Below, one piece after another: positions 1-13,916 of a stretch of DNA of 64,000 nucleotides. Both the position numbers and the translations under genes were made by a program. The stretch's first letter is position 1, and each line of letters opens with the position of its first letter. This DNA comes from Selaginella moellendorffii (lineage: Eukaryota; Plantae; Lycopodiophyta): assembly GCF_000143415.4 (NCBI RefSeq), contig NW_003314316.1, positions 323,090 through 387,089 on the forward strand. Direction: 5' to 3'. The notes beneath the pieces were generated by a model. It was given only the letters and a program-made list of their open reading frames with translations. It was not told the origin of the DNA and searched no databases.

Positions 1-689
1 ACACATCCATATCACCTATATCTATGACAAGTATCCTCTTTGCTATAAACGCATTCACATACTCTTGAATGGTTTTGGTTTGCTTCAACTTACTTAGCTT
101 ATCCCTTAGGTGCAGAGTAGCATTCAAAGGAATGTAGGTTGTGAAGATCCTCACCTTCATCATTTCCCAAGTGGCCACCAGTCCTTCGTTAACCTCTATT
201 GTTCTCCACCAAAACTTAGCATTATTTGCCAAGTATGGTTTACATATGGGACCTTCTCCGAGCTCGGTAACCGCTCTATATCATAAAATTAGTCTTCCAC
301 CACTTTATAGTCATTCACTCCCTTGAAGATTGGTGGGGGCTTTGATTTATACTTGGGAACTGTTTGAAAGACTGATTCCATTTCGGTTTGTTCGACCTTG
401 TTTGGTTCCACCTTAGTCCCCGCTGAAGGGTCTACACTTTCTGCATTGCCAACATCTATAGTTTTTTGCTTTTTCTTCTGCTTCTTGTCACGCTTTAGCT
501 TGCTTACGAGAGTCTCAAACAGAGTATTGGTCTATACCAATTATCCTTTTAGAACATTTAATCGAGCTTTGGATAACCAAACCTCACCACTAAACTTCTG
601 TTTGGAAGTTTCCTCACTAGAGTCCTCCTCATGCATCATCCCTAGCCTCTTGTTCGATTGGAGGCTCCAACTCTAGAGGTCTAAACCAC

Positions 690-1021
690 GATCTGTATTA
701 GTATTCGGACTCGGTCTCGGACTTGATTTCAGACTCGATCTTAGACTCAACCTCAAACTCGATCTCGGACCCGACCTCGAACTCTATCTCAGACTTGATC
801 TTGGACTCGGTCTCGGACCCGATCTCGGATTTTGGTCTTAGTCTTGAACTTGGTCTCGGAGTTAGCCTTGAACTCGATCTTGACTCGGTTTCAAATTCGG
901 TTTTAGAGTCGGTCTTGGACTTGATTTTGGACTCAGTCTCATCTGATGAACTCTTTCTCATTTTGGTCGTGCTTTCGAGGATCCTTTAGCCTTTGACACC
1001 TCAGGGAGTTAGTTCCTTACA
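690..1021 (-). mobile_element. 5' part of an LTR of the chromovirus family at 59.5-64 kb, with degenerate GAGTCC/GAGATC hexamer array
   Basis: Minus strand starts TGTAAGGAACTAACT at 1021 and continues ...CTAAAGGATCCTCGAAAGCACGACCAAAATGAGAAAGAGTTCATC, then the hexamer array, then CTAATAC. This is colinear with the LTR starting at 63586 (TGTAAGGAACCAACT...CTAAAGGAACCCCGAAAGCATGACCAAAATGATAAAGAGTTCATC). Confidence 0.85.
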
Positions 1022-4000
1022 CATATGCGTTACATTATAGCCCATACTTGGGCTATAAGATAGATGTGAGATGCTCTATTTGCATGACTTTGCTCTTAGG
1101 CTCATGAATGAAACAAATTAGCAACTCAATATTACACTTTAATTTAGCAGAATTACTATTAACATATTGGCAGTGTTGTTCCATGTTATCATAGATAAAA
1201 GTAAACCTTATCTGGGTTTGCAATAAATGGCAAATAGCCTAGTTTGTAGCTATTTAACATAGCACTAGTGGATCTTTCTTAGGCATGATTATGAATAAAT
1301 CAATCAAGATTATAGGGATTAGTCTATTAGTTCAAGTAATCATTGCCATGCTCTTTCATGAACTTTTCTTAGATTGAACTTAAAGCAATGTGAATGCAAG
1401 CTTGAGATTTAGTTAAGTTGAGTCCAAAACAAGAGTCATTAAGGACGAAAGATCAAACACGAAAGTCATTTTCTGTTTTTCAATAGATGATTAGTATGAT
1501 TAATTGCTTGTGTTCACATTATGCGGTTGCAATCCCTACTTCGATGCATATTAGTTATGATCATTTTACAAGTGGTGAGTCATAGGATGGATAGTGGTGA
1601 AGCACTAAACCATTTTACTTAAACTTACTATTAGGAGGCTTGGGTTGTAATGCTCAATTCTTCTCTGGGGAGCCTTGTTATTGCTCCATGGGTAATTTGG
1701 TATTAGATTAATTTTGAGTTTGGTTGAAAATAGAGTAACATGAGTTTATCTATATTATGAATGAAGTTAGTGGTGTTAGGTAAACGGGAATATGAAGCCG
1801 TGGCTGGATCTAGCTTGTAAATCTCTATCTATAGGATGTGTTATTTATATTGCATTCACTTAATACTCATGTAAGCCATTGTATTAGTGAAATGGGCAAT
1901 GTTTGTGGTGTTGTTCAATTGATGATTAAGTCATTATGATTTTTTATATCATATCCATGTGAATATAGGCAATGTGTTTACAAAGTTGCTTAGTCAAATA
2001 ATAATCAACCTCAAAGTAGTTAATAGAGAAGTTGGTCTACTTGCAAGTAGTAGCATTATAGTAACTTTATATTTAAATTTTCATCCATTACACTAAACTT
2101 GTGATGATACCTTGATTCTTTGAGAATTTGCCTATAAAGTTTTGGAAAGGGTTATGACATTCACTTGTTGGTGAATTTATAGGCACTTGGAGTAGATTAT
2201 TGAATAGAAAAAGTGTGTAGCTAAGGCATCAACATTACTAGCATTTGGAAGTGGTATTATTATATTAAATGATGAGGAATTTTCCATAGACCTTGAATTT
2301 CATGTCATTTTTCTTGTTACTGTTTTGGCACTATATTAAATTTTGAAGGTAATTAAAGAAGAGTGTTAGTGCAATATGGATATTTGAATATATAGCTTTT
2401 GTGATGAGTGTTGGGTATTTATTTGCATTTTGTGGATATTAAAGTTGGATGCCGATTATATGATACTTAAGCATATTGTTAGGTCATGAGAATTTACATT
2501 GAGGTGAACTTATATAAAGTTGTAAGTAGAAGGAAGTTGGTTGAGTCTTTCGTAGAATAATTTATTTTTCACAAATTTCTTAAAACTTTTCCAATAGCTA
2601 ATTTGTTGATCATTTTACTCAAGAACCATTTTATTTTCAAAAGCCATTACAAACTAGTGAAGGGGTTGGTAATAAAAGGATATTGACTTTTAAGGCTAAA
2701 ACAATTAAGTTAGATAAAGTTTGAAGTTAGCAAAAAAAAGTGGTTATTGTGCTATTTTAGAAAGATGACCTTTATGTATTTCTTTTGTAACATTATACTT
2801 AGTGGTAAGTTACATATTACATTTTATTAAACTCTATAAGAGTAGTGAGATCTCACTAATCTTAACTTAGTTTTGGTAGCCTTGTCCTTTGGCTGAGGAT
2901 AGTGATGTTGAATTTAGCTATTTGCAATTAAGGTGTTAGTACCCATACTATAACTTTGTTCATTAAAAGGTTGTGTATTTTTTTGAGTCCATCTCATGGT
3001 CTTCACTTTAGTTTTGGTTGGGTGTTAATCATGGATAATTAACCTCATTGGTTATGCTTAGAGCTATTGGTTAAACGTGTTAGTGAGTTTATTGCTGTAT
3101 GATTAGATTCAAATAGCTATTTTATCTATATTTGTTTGTGAACCTTTATGTTGTACTTGAGTGTTACCTTTCGATTTGGATAAATATATGACTTAATGAC
3201 AGGAGTTGACTGTTTAGGTTTTGTGAAGGTAAATTGAAAAGTGATTGTTAATTGTTTTGCAACTAATGATTACTTATAAACTTTGTCAAGGATTAATAAC
3301 ACTTCACTCAATGATAATTTAGTGGTGATACGCTTGCTTTACCAGACAGTATTATAAAGGATCATGTCATTAGACTTATATAGTTTTTCCAAATTAGCAT
3401 TTTAATTTATTTCTATTGATATCATTTAGTTGCGTTTAGTTTATGGTGTTGGATTTCATTAATGTTTAAATATGGTAATTCACTCCTTGATAATATGTCA
3501 TTTGTAACTAAGTATCGCTAAAGACTTGATCTTGGATATTAAGTAAAGTATCTTCGACTTTGGTTAACTTGGTTGCTTGAAAGCTTTAAGTGGTCATTCA
3601 CTCTTACTTTTTTTCTAGCTTTGTTTTAGTATTGAGGTGATGTCTTGTTATTAATATTGTTGATATTAAGATTAAAGTGAAATGTGATGTCTCTTTATGT
3701 CTTCATGCAGATGGTATTAATGATTCAGTTAAATCTTTTGTGTTATTAACATTCGTGCATTTTATTATTTAGCAATTATATTAACATTTAAATGAGTTGA
3801 GTGGAAAATTGAGTTAGTTATGTTTTAGATAAAATTATTTAGTAAAAGTTGAGCTTTGGCTTTTCCTTGAAAAGTGATTTAATTATGAACTATATTAGTG
3901 TAGTGTACATGATTTTCTCCCTTTATCCAATGATGATTTACCATAAGATAACCATGAAATGGAACCTAAACCCTTCATGTGTCATGTGTCATATATGATT

Positions 4001-4597
4001 AAGTACCTTTTCAAGTGGTACCCTATAGTATACACTTCTCCAACTTACATTGATAAGCCACATATATTTGTACAATGTTGGCTTGAAAATTCTAAAATAG
4101 CCTGTGAGGTAGGCAATAGTCTTAGTCTTAAGGATATTTAAGTACATCCAAGTGCCAAATACCACTAGACTACTGAATCCCTTTAATTGCAAAAAATCAT
4201 AGAAGATCTAGAAACATGCAATTAAATTGAATCTAAGAAGCTAAAAAATGATTGAACTTGGAACAAGATTATTATTACTATCCACACTTGAACCACAATC
4301 TAAATCACTAAAATTGGATGGAGGGCCATCCTCCTTTTCCTCCATGTCTTTTAGTAAACTTGAAAAAAAAGGTTTTAGTGACATAAATTTGAAGTAAACC
4401 TCGAAGAGTGTTGCGAATGTGACTTTGGGTATTGAAAGTTATATATTAGTTAGTCCTTTCGGATATTCTTTCCTTACTGCCACGATGGCAGGAGGTCGGT
4501 ATTGCTGAACCCGTTATTAGTTTCCCACTTGAGCTAGTTGAGAAACTGGTCAATAACCGTGTACTTAGATTGGATAAACATAAGGTAGGAACCCTAT

Positions 4598-4779
4598 TGT
4601 AAGCAACCAAAGGGAACGACTCGAGAGATGGTCCATGGGGTTCAAATATAGAGGGAAAGGGCCCATGAATAAGAGTGCACCCTTTTTTCCAAACGGTTAA
4701 GGGTCTTGGGATATTTGGGGTTAAGTGTCTTTGGGTTTGAATAGTACTGGGCTGGGTGACCTCCCGGGAAGTCCAAACT
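4598..4779 (+). mobile_element. 3'-truncated solo Cassandra (TRIM) LTR containing a 5S rRNA-derived segment
   Basis: Near-identical to the LTRs at 62841-63034 and 63240-63433. Starts TGTAAGCAACC, contains AGTACTGGGCTGGGTGACCTCCCGGGAAGTCC and lacks the terminal CAGGAGCTTACA. Confidence 0.9.
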
Positions 4780-5035
4780 TGCTAGTATCAAGAACCCCCG
4801 CAATATTGAGATTGGTCCCTCAATATCGCTAAATGATAGCTTACCATGTTTGTATATTGGTCTCATTTCGGTCCCAAATGCTATTTATGGAAAGTGTCCA
4901 AATTTGCCATATCTACGGAGTGTAAAAATCGTTTTGTTCATCCTGTGTCCAAATTCGCAATCTAGGGACATTTCATATTTAGTAAGTTTCAAGTTTGTCC
5001 CAGAGACTAACTCCTAATACTAAGGGAGGCTTGGA

Positions 5036-5096
5036 GTGAAAGCCCAAAGCGTGTGTTCCTCATGGGGGGGGGGGGGGGGGGCGGGTTGTGGGGGGT
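5036..5096 (+). repeat. LTR-family motif GTGAAAGCCCAAAGCGT followed by a long G-run
   Basis: The same 17-mer plus a downstream G-tract occurs at about 38252 (solo LTR) and about 63948 (chromovirus LTR). Confidence 0.7.
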
Positions 5097-8000
5097 TCCA
5101 AATGTATAGTAAGGATAGTGGGTAGGTCGGGCATAGCCAACCAACTTGAGGCATAGTCTAGCTCCCATTTGCGTGCCTATCCTTGTTTTACGTCCGGCTT
5201 GGGTCTAAGCCCAAGTTCCATTCCATGCTAACTGGTGGAGTACCTATGTCCATGCGTTAGGCCACCGGTATGCAAAATGGAGCCAAATAGAAGAGAACTA
5301 TATTTATATGGTAGAAACTTTAATATCTATAAAGAGCAAATTAGTAGGGATTCGAAGCCACTTCCAACGCTATCAGTAAAAATAATTTAAACCAATCACC
5401 AACAAACTAGATTACTTTCCACATTTAATGCTAAGAAACATGCTAAATGAAAGGGCATTGAGGCAAGGTGTTAAAGCAAGGAGTCTCTTGAACCCTAAGA
5501 CTTCTTAGATCAGTGGTCAAACTTGATGAATAACATGAATATATGTGGCAATGATGCACAATGGGTCCATATTATAGGATATTATCCACCCATTGTGCTA
5601 GTATCAAGAACAATGCATAGGGGCATCCATTGCCATAGGACTGATATTTAATATTTATTCAATAGAAAAATGTCATATAAACACCCCATTGTGTGTGAAA
5701 TCCATCATTGTAATTTATACCATTTTACAAATTGCATACTATAAAAACTTTGATGAGGTTATAGCTAAAATAATAGTGATATAGCACTCAAAGATTGTGA
5801 GCTAAGGAATTGTGAAAGACTCTGCTAACATAACAAGGTCATAACTAGAGAAGTGTGAATGTGACATGACTGTGATGTTGTATTTGTATAAACTATGATG
5901 CTTGAGTGTGCATAACACCTTATACATGAAATGATGTGTGCTATACTGATATTGTGAAAGAAAAGTCATATAGTTCCTATTGAGACAAGATGGAGGGATA
6001 TAATGGTGAAGTTGAGGATTTTGGTGGCACCTATGGCAATTCAAATTTGTCAGGGAAGACAAAAGAGCATATTACCTCTATTATATTGGCTCTAGAGATG
6101 TTTTTGGAACATATTAATTTCTAGAGACTTGGGCCTACTGAAGAAAGAACATATCCTATTAAGCTTGAGTTTCTATTTTACCAACAATGTATTGCCTATA
6201 ACAATTATATAAAAAAAGATTAACACATTTTGCATTGTAGTCTTGGGTAAGATGTAGAGGTTGTTTGTCATGCACTATGTATATGAAAATTTATGGGATA
6301 TTTATTAGATCTCCAATAACTCCACGAAACTCCATCAAACCATACAAACATTATATGTTAACTTTCTATATTATAGATCTCCAACCACATACCCTTAACC
6401 ATGGCTATCTTTCAATTCTGAATTTTCATTTTTTTGATAAAAAAAGTGCTTCCATTTTTCATTTATATTAGCTACTTCTATTTTGTAACTTTATGAAATA
6501 TTTCTTTGAATATTTTTTGTTTCCTTATAAGAAGTTTTTGCATTCAAAGACATCACAACCAAACAATACACTTTTCTCAATTACAACATCATTTTTGGTA
6601 AAGAGCTCTAAGTTGCTTATATATATCAGACATATCATCCTCTTTAACCTTTTTATAAGACTTTATCTAGATCAATTTAATTCTCATTGCAAACAAAAGA
6701 AATCTTGAGTTAATTTACATGAAAATTTTGATATACATACTTTTATGCTTTAGCTTATATGCTACATTATTGATTTTCTTAATAATCTCAAATGACCTAG
6801 CATAATGAGATGAAAGTTTATTTCTTCATTTCCTTAATGAAAGTCTTTAAAAGAGTAGATGGAAAAGCCACCCAAACATACACTTTATCACCTATGTGAT
6901 ACATATAAAATTTTATTCAATTTTTCTGTTAAATTTTTAGTATCAATATCCTCATTTGGGGAATCTACCCAATAAATACCCTCTTGTTAGGCACTACAAG
7001 ATATATATTATTATTGAAAAGCATAGAAATGAAAATGGCAATAAAGTTTCAACAATTTGAAACTCTCTAATTAGTAAATATAAATTAGAGAATCACACAT
7101 GTTCCAAAAGGAATGCCTCCAATGTCAAAGCCTTGAAGGGCACAATGGCCTTGGCAACAATCGCTATCCTTCGAATATCCTTCAAGAACAATTTTTACAT
7201 CCTTGCAAGAGTTTTCTGGCAACAATGCCATTCTCAACTAAAACATTTGTTAGAAAACTTTATGGCTAAAGATTTAAATTTTTAACATACCTATCGCAAG
7301 AGTCATTGAAACCACAAGAGAGAGGAACAAAAGCTGCAAAATATGGATGAGAGTTGAATCTTTGCCATTGTGTTGTGTGAATTGTGTGATGGCTTCCAAT
7401 CCAATAGCCTAGCTTTTATACTCTGGGCTATGTTATAAATTAGTGATGGTGTGGATCATGAGGTTTGACTAAAGCTCATCCTTGCATTTCACAGCTGGTT
7501 TAACACTGTATTAATGGTAGTCAGAACGTGCCAGAAGACATGACTTGAAGCTTGCACAGGTTGGAACTTGGAATCCTCCAGTTCACGTTTCTTTATTAGC
7601 TTAAAATACATAATGCAGTGGCCTACAATCAAGCATGGTGATAGTTTTCTAGTGACCTCGCCTGGAAATCCTGTTAGAAACACACCAGTAAATGGATATT
7701 GTATAGCTGTTTAGAGCTTAAAATAAGTGATAGTGTTGATCACGAGGGCTGACCTTTTTGAATACTCTAAACTATCCTTGTGTTTCACAGCTCTCTGGAA
7801 TCCTAATGTTTAGGGACTCGATGTGGGCTCTAGATGTCTTCACTTGAGCAGGTGGAGTGTCTTAGCTTGAGCAAGGGTGTCTTGATGATGTTGTATATGT
7901 CTAGAGTTTTGTTTGAAGTTGGCGATGGTGTGGTTCGAGGATGGACAGCAGCGCGTGTTGTTATTAACAGGTATTCGCTGAGTCTGACATGTTCTTTGTG

Positions 8001-9538
8001 TTGAAGTAAAAGTGGGAGCAGCATTGTGAAGCCGAGGAGTGGCTCAGCAGCTCGCTGTTGGTTGTAAGCTAGACGAAGTGTTGACCAGGTTTGATCGCTT
8101 GAGCACATAAGTAGCAGATGTGTCCCTCCCATGGCATTTTGCATGCGTCCCAATTGCTGACCTCAGAGCAAAGATGCTGGCCTGTTTTGTATCGTGCCAA
8201 AATTCTGTGATGTTTCTGTCCCTAGATTCTCTCCGATCCGTGTTGACTGTGGAGATGTAGTAGTGAGCTTTTGGTCATGATCTGCACCTCGGAGCCACCA
8301 TTGAAATGCTCGTTGAAGCCATTGTGCTGGGACATAGGCAATGTTTTCGTATTCCAAGACGTGTTGTCCACAAATTCGTGCCACCACCCTGAAGTCCGGT
8401 TGTGTCTGCAAGGTTGATGAGCCATTTCTCTTGCTGGTGGCCTATCAGATTCAGAAGGTACTGCATTGTGTTCCTCCACACACAGGCCTCAATTGGGAGT
8501 ATACCAGATTCCATGATCCCAATGGGTACCTTGTTGCCATCCAAACTCATTATTGAGGAACTAGCTATTTAGTTGCTCCATTTTCTTCCATACAGTTTGC
8601 GGCAAGCTGGGGCCCAAGCCTCACCTCCATTTGGTTCTAAAGATGCCAGCTTGTTTGAGATCACTTTGGAGTGTGTTGTAGGAATTGGTGGCAACTTGAA
8701 TGTGCACCATGTAACCAAGGTACTCGACACAAGCAAGCACTTAGTTTTCATAATGACGATCACCAGCCTTCCTGTTTTTGCAATCAACTCAACCAAGGAT
8801 CATGGTCCATGTTTATGTGAGATTTACGGACAAGCAAGTAGAGCACTCACAGCCAAGAAGCCAGCTGTAACAAGCAATGTCGCACCTTCTCCATCCTAAA
8901 TACACACGCATAAAAAACCACCAAAATTGAAAAAAGAAAAGCTTACCGATTGACATAAAAACTCTCAAACATAACAGCAATAAGCCAGGAAGGCTCCAGT
9001 TACAACATTACGACTTGTCCCCTATCAAAGCGTCCCTTGCACTCAAACTTTTGATAAATCTGTCCAGCCTAGATCACACGGCATCCTGATTAAGAAAACC
9101 GGAAAAAAATCCATCCAAACTCAAATGGAAACTCAACATTTGGAGCGAGCAGCCAAGTTCGAACCAGTTTGTCGACCACGTTTCTTCACGAACAAGAGGC
9201 CCTGGTACCATACCATTGACTCCTCGAGAAGCGCGCGCTGGTCTTGGCTCGGTCTAGATCCCCTGCTCGTGTCCATCACTGCCTTGAGCAAGCTCATCTG
9301 AGGTCTCTCTTGCCAAGATACTCCAAAATTCTACTCAATTCAATCCCACTCAAGAACGAACCTGATGAGAATGGAAAGCAGCCGAGACTCTCGAGCAGGA
9401 GCCATCGCCGGGGGCGCCTCGAGATAGAGAAGAAATATCCAAAGATGTGCGGAAACTCTCCCATATTATTGATGAATCAAAGAATCGCTCAAACAAACCG
9501 AATCGCTGGAGCCTCTAGAACCCATGGAACCTATCGAA

Positions 9539-10155
9539 TCAGTAGTGTGGGTGGCAGACCTGGCTAAAAGCAAAGGGCGCGACCTTGTAGAAGACCTCGT
9601 TCTTGAAGGTCTTGAGGTAGGCAACACCAGCGCCCTCCTTGCCCTTGCCCACATTGGTGATGACATCGCAAGTGTAGTCACTCGACTTGACGAGCTTGGC
9701 CGTACACGTCTTCGTCTTGACCACGTACGGCAGCTTCACCTGGTAGAACCCGTCCTTGTCCGTACTGTCGCTCCCCTTGACCACTGCGCCCTTCTCGTTC
9801 TTGCACTCCACGGCCACCTCGCCACCTTTTATTCATACCACAATGTTACGATCTTCCTAGCATATTCTATTGTAGACGTACCGACAATGTGCTTCGTCCA
9901 TTGGCCGTAGCAGCCCTGGCAGTAGATGTATCCCTGGATGACAGTGGTATCGACTTCGTAGTGCTGGGGGTAGCCGTAGTCGTGGCCGTATTTGGGCTCC
10001 TCGGGTGCCTTGTACGGGACCTTGGGGACCTCGGGCACCTTGGGGACCTTCACCTCGTCCACCACCTTGTGTGGGACGTCGTATGAATCCACGGCGAGGG
10101 CGGACACTGCGAGGGAGAGGGCAAGCAGCAAGATCAAACTCTTGTTGGAACCCAT
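9539..10155 (-). CDS. Pollen Ole e 1 allergen/extensin family secreted protein (2 exons; intron 9826-9881)
   Basis: Signal peptide, Pro/Lys-rich VPKVPE repeats, VIQGYIYCQGC, then GGEVAVECK...TDKDGFYQVKL...C...C...PFAF after a GT-AG intron. Confidence 0.85.
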
Positions 10156-10460
10156 CGCTAACTGGTTTGATCTTGAAGAGAGCTACTTAAGATGATGGAA
10201 AAGCTAGAAAGAACGAGATTGCTTGATGCTTCCAAGCTTTTGAGGTTTCTGGTTTTTATATCCATGCGAGACGTGATATCATGCCATGATTTTTTCTACC
10301 AGATCAAGCAAAACTTGTATCGATACTGGGAAAAGCAAGGTGTTATGGAGATTTTGTGGCCACGTTATGGTCGTGCAATCACATTCTTTGCACGTCCCAC
10401 TTTCTAGCCCGAGGGCTGCTTAATAAGATCAGAACATAGCAAGGCGATCGCGAGCAAGAA

Positions 10461-10999
10461 ATGGCTGCTACAAAGATTCTGGTTCTTCTTGGTGGGGTTT
10501 TACTCTCAAGTTTGATGGCAGCAGTGGAAGCTATTGATCCTTACACAGCTCCGGGCAGTTCGCAAAGAATCAACGCCACCGTTGTTCAAGGCTACGTTTT
10601 CTGCCAGAATTGCTACAAGGACTGGAGCAGACATCTGGGAGGTGTGTTATGTTTGATCAATCGCTTGCTATGGACTTATCTTTTCCAGTCCATCCAGGGG
10701 CTGAGGTTTCTGTAGAATGCACGGCGATTTCCACCGGCAAGCTCGTCGCCCTCGGCAAAGGAGTTTCCCGCGAGAATGGCTACGTGGAAATCCGGTTGGA
10801 TGGGTACGATTACAGCAGCAAGCTCAAGATCCACCGCTGCCTGGCGAAAATCGTCCGCTCACGGGACCCATCCTGCGATTATCGCACGAATGTAAATTCT
10901 GGATACAGCGGCGCCAAGCCCCAATTCTCCGGAGTCGCGGGAAACATCGCCTATTTCACTACAAATGCGTTTTCTTTTACTCCAATGTGCTCCTACTGA
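10461..10999 (+). CDS. Pollen Ole e 1 family secreted protein (2 exons; intron 10642-10697)
   Basis: Signal peptide, VVQGYVFCQNC, GAEVSVEC...NGYVEIRL...C...C...AFSF; same intron position as the paralogs. Confidence 0.85.
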
Positions 11000-11091
11000 T
11001 CAATAGCTTCGCTCAATGTAAAGCAAGCGGCAAGAACCCTAAAAGCTTCATTTGGCGGCAAATTTTATTGAAAATTTTCTCTTTTTGAAAT

Positions 11092-11635
11092 TTAGGGTTC
11101 TTCGTCTTCGTCTGTACAGTAGGGCATGAAAGCAAATGGGCCGGTTTTGTAGAACGCTTCGCCCATGAAAATCTTCTCGAATTCCAGCGCCGCGCCCTTC
11201 TTGCCGCCTCCAAGATCCGTGGCTGTGTCGCACGACCGATCGGGCGACGCGAGGATCATCGCCTTGCACGATTCGGGGGGATCGTAGACGCTCTTGTAGG
11301 TCTGGGGGAATTTGATCTGGAAGAAGCCATCGCGGTTCGATGCGGCCTCGCCGTAGCTCCCATCGCGGCATTCCACTCTCACCAATGCTCCTGGTGGAAA
11401 GGAAATTAGATGGAGCAGATCGAGCAGAGGAATAAATCAAGCAAAGGAATCGACACATACCTGGGGAGGGCTTGTCGAAATTTCCATCACAATCCTGGCA
11501 GGAGACAAATCCTTGCACGACAGTCGTGAGATCAGTGGATGTTTCGTCCTGATCATCGCCATCCTCTGAATACTCCCCAGCAGCACTGGCATCGCCGAGA
11601 ATCAAGAGAAGAAGCAAGGCATAGAGGAGCTGCAT
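11092..11635 (-). CDS. Pollen Ole e 1 family secreted protein (2 exons; intron 11391-11460)
   Basis: MQLLYALLLLLILG signal peptide, VVQGFVSCQDC, GALVRVEC...SNRDGFFQIKF...C...C...GPFAF. Confidence 0.85.
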
Positions 11636-11842
11636 CGTCGAGGATAGAGCGAAGAATCCATTACGGAGCTTAAATCTTCGCGGTGGGAGGATCGTGCCAT
11701 GACGAAGATCGTGAGCACATAAGAACCCTAGGCCTAGTAACAGGGAATAAATATTTTGATTTCTTCTTTGCTTGGTTTGCACTCCATCCGGCATCCTAGG
11801 GTTTTGTGTTGCTGCGAGCTCGGCAATCGATCGTGTGCGGCC

Positions 11843-13900
11843 ATGGAGGGAGGCGGGACGCTTGTGGATTTGTGCCTGGAAGCGGCATCGCGGAGCGCTG
11901 ACAGTGTGAGATCTTGGCGTAGGCAGAGACGAACTCTGGAAATTTTACCGGCTCATCTCGCGGAATCGTTGCTTCACCAGCTACTTGTCAAGAATCTCTT
12001 CTCGCCTCCACTTCTAGAGTAAGCACAAGAATAGAAACGATCGATCTATAGAGAAACTCGTTTTAGCTTACACTCTTTTTTCATAGGCTCTTCCAGTTAA
12101 GTGTCGAGGAACTGGATCTAAATGGAGAACTCAGTGTCGATGCCGAATGGATGGCCTACATCGGTGGATTTCGGCATTTGCGAGTTCTCAAAGTCGAAAG
12201 TTGCAAAGCCTTGAACAATTCAGCGATATGGCACCTCTCAGGCAAGCTCCATTTCTCTTTTGAAAGAAAACTTAGTTTTGCGGTTGGAATGTAGGAATGG
12301 AATCGATCGAAGAGCTACGAGTTGATCGTTGCTCCAAGATCACAAACCAAGGATTGGAACACATATTAACCCTCGGCAAGCTCAAGCACTTGGGACTCTC
12401 AGAAACGGGGATTGGAGAGCAAGGGATTGGAAAGTTGGCTGTTCTGAGGAACCTATCTCATTTGGATCTTGGCGGCTTACCTGTGACAGACTCTCATGTT
12501 TCTTCGCTTCTGGTAAGCATGCATTCTATAACGATAAAAGATTTTTGATCGACTTGCAAAGGTTCCTTCCAGGTACTTCAACTCTTGATCGACCTCCAAC
12601 TCTGGGGTAGCAGCATAACAAACGAAGGAGCAAATATGCTGAGGGGCTTTCCCAGGCTGGAAATACTGAACCTGGCATGGACAAAGGTTTCGGTGGTTCC
12701 CTCCATGCCGAGAGTGTCACAGCTGAATCTCTCTCACTGCGTGGTTCTATCGGTTTCCGAAGAAGGGTCAGCTCTCGATCAACTTCGTCTGTCCGGAGCA
12801 ACTATACAGGATCCACTCAGAGTCCTCCACAGTCACTCACTCCCCGAGCTCTCTGTGCTCGAGTTATCTGCGACCAACCTGGCAGCTTTGACCTTCCTTG
12901 GCAGCTTGAAGCGAGTAGTCAAGCTCGATCTGAGCTCAATGCCAAGCGTTTCGAGTGACACCATGAATCTGCTGGCCAAGTGTGCGAGGAATCTAAAGCA
13001 CCTTGATCTCAGTGACACACGAGTTGGCTCAGAAGGCGTAGCAGTTTTGACTGGTCACGTTCCAGCTCTGGAGCATCTTTCACTCAGGGGCACCTCGATT
13101 ACGGATAGTGTGTTTGGATACTTGGGGCTGATGCCGTTGTTGATTGACATTGACCTCAGTAACACGAGCTTGACAGGTATGCCAGTTTTCGAGTTTACGA
13201 AAGTTTATTATACTTGTGCTTTGTGCATGCAGGCGCTCCTGTAGACTCTTCGTTTTGGTCTGTGCTTCATCTCCAGCAGCTCCACAACCTGAGACGATTG
13301 GACTTGCGTCGCACGCGATTTTCTGATAAGAGCTGCAAGCGACTCGCTTGTTTGGTGCGGTTAACACACCTGCTCTTGTGCGCCGAGTTTTTAACCGATG
13401 CATCGCTTCACGAGCTTTCTGCTCTCCCGAACCTGCGAAGCCTTGCGTTTCAAGGGACAGTGTTGACAGACGCAGGCCTGCGCTCGTTGAAGCCCCCGCC
13501 TCCGCTGGAAGAGCTTGATCTGACGGACTGCTGGCTACTCACGGAAGGCTGTCTTCTTCAGTTCTGTGATTACTATCGCAGCGTAACTGTGAAGCACGAT
13601 CGTATAGCTGGAAACCTTAACTCTCAACGATCATCGGTCAGACGGATGCGAGTCAAGAACCCGCATGTTCCAGTGAAGACGCAGAGTAAAATTGGAAGAG
13701 GTACTTGAATTTGACTCGCAAGGAAAACGTTCACTTACAAAATGTGTGTTCCAGATGAACGGATTCGATATACATTCTCTGAGCTGCACGAGTTAAGGGC
13801 CTTAACGTCAGAAGTGGCCGCCTTGGAAATGAGTACTTTACCTCGAGAACTTTCACGAACTTTACAAGATGAGGATCACATCGAGCCATCGTCGAGCTGA
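11843..13900 (+). CDS. RNI-like leucine-rich repeat protein (Arabidopsis AT4G23840-like), multi-exon
   Basis: N-terminus LVDLCLEAASRSADSVRSWRRQRRTLEILPAHLAESLLH, then VDAEWMAYIGGF, many LxxLxLxx repeats, and last exon DERIRYTFSEL...stop at 13900; short introns between the ORF pieces. Confidence 0.85.
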
Positions 13901-13916
13901 GCCTCACGCTGAGTAT

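Noticed and set aside
1022-4560. Very old retroelement pol remnant
   Set aside because: AT-rich, stop-riddled sequence suggestive of decayed TE, but I could not read a convincing domain motif; needs a profile search.
7490-9400. Possible gene or pseudogene (several 70-110 aa ORFs, splice-like sites)
   Set aside because: No recognisable family or consistent exon chain.
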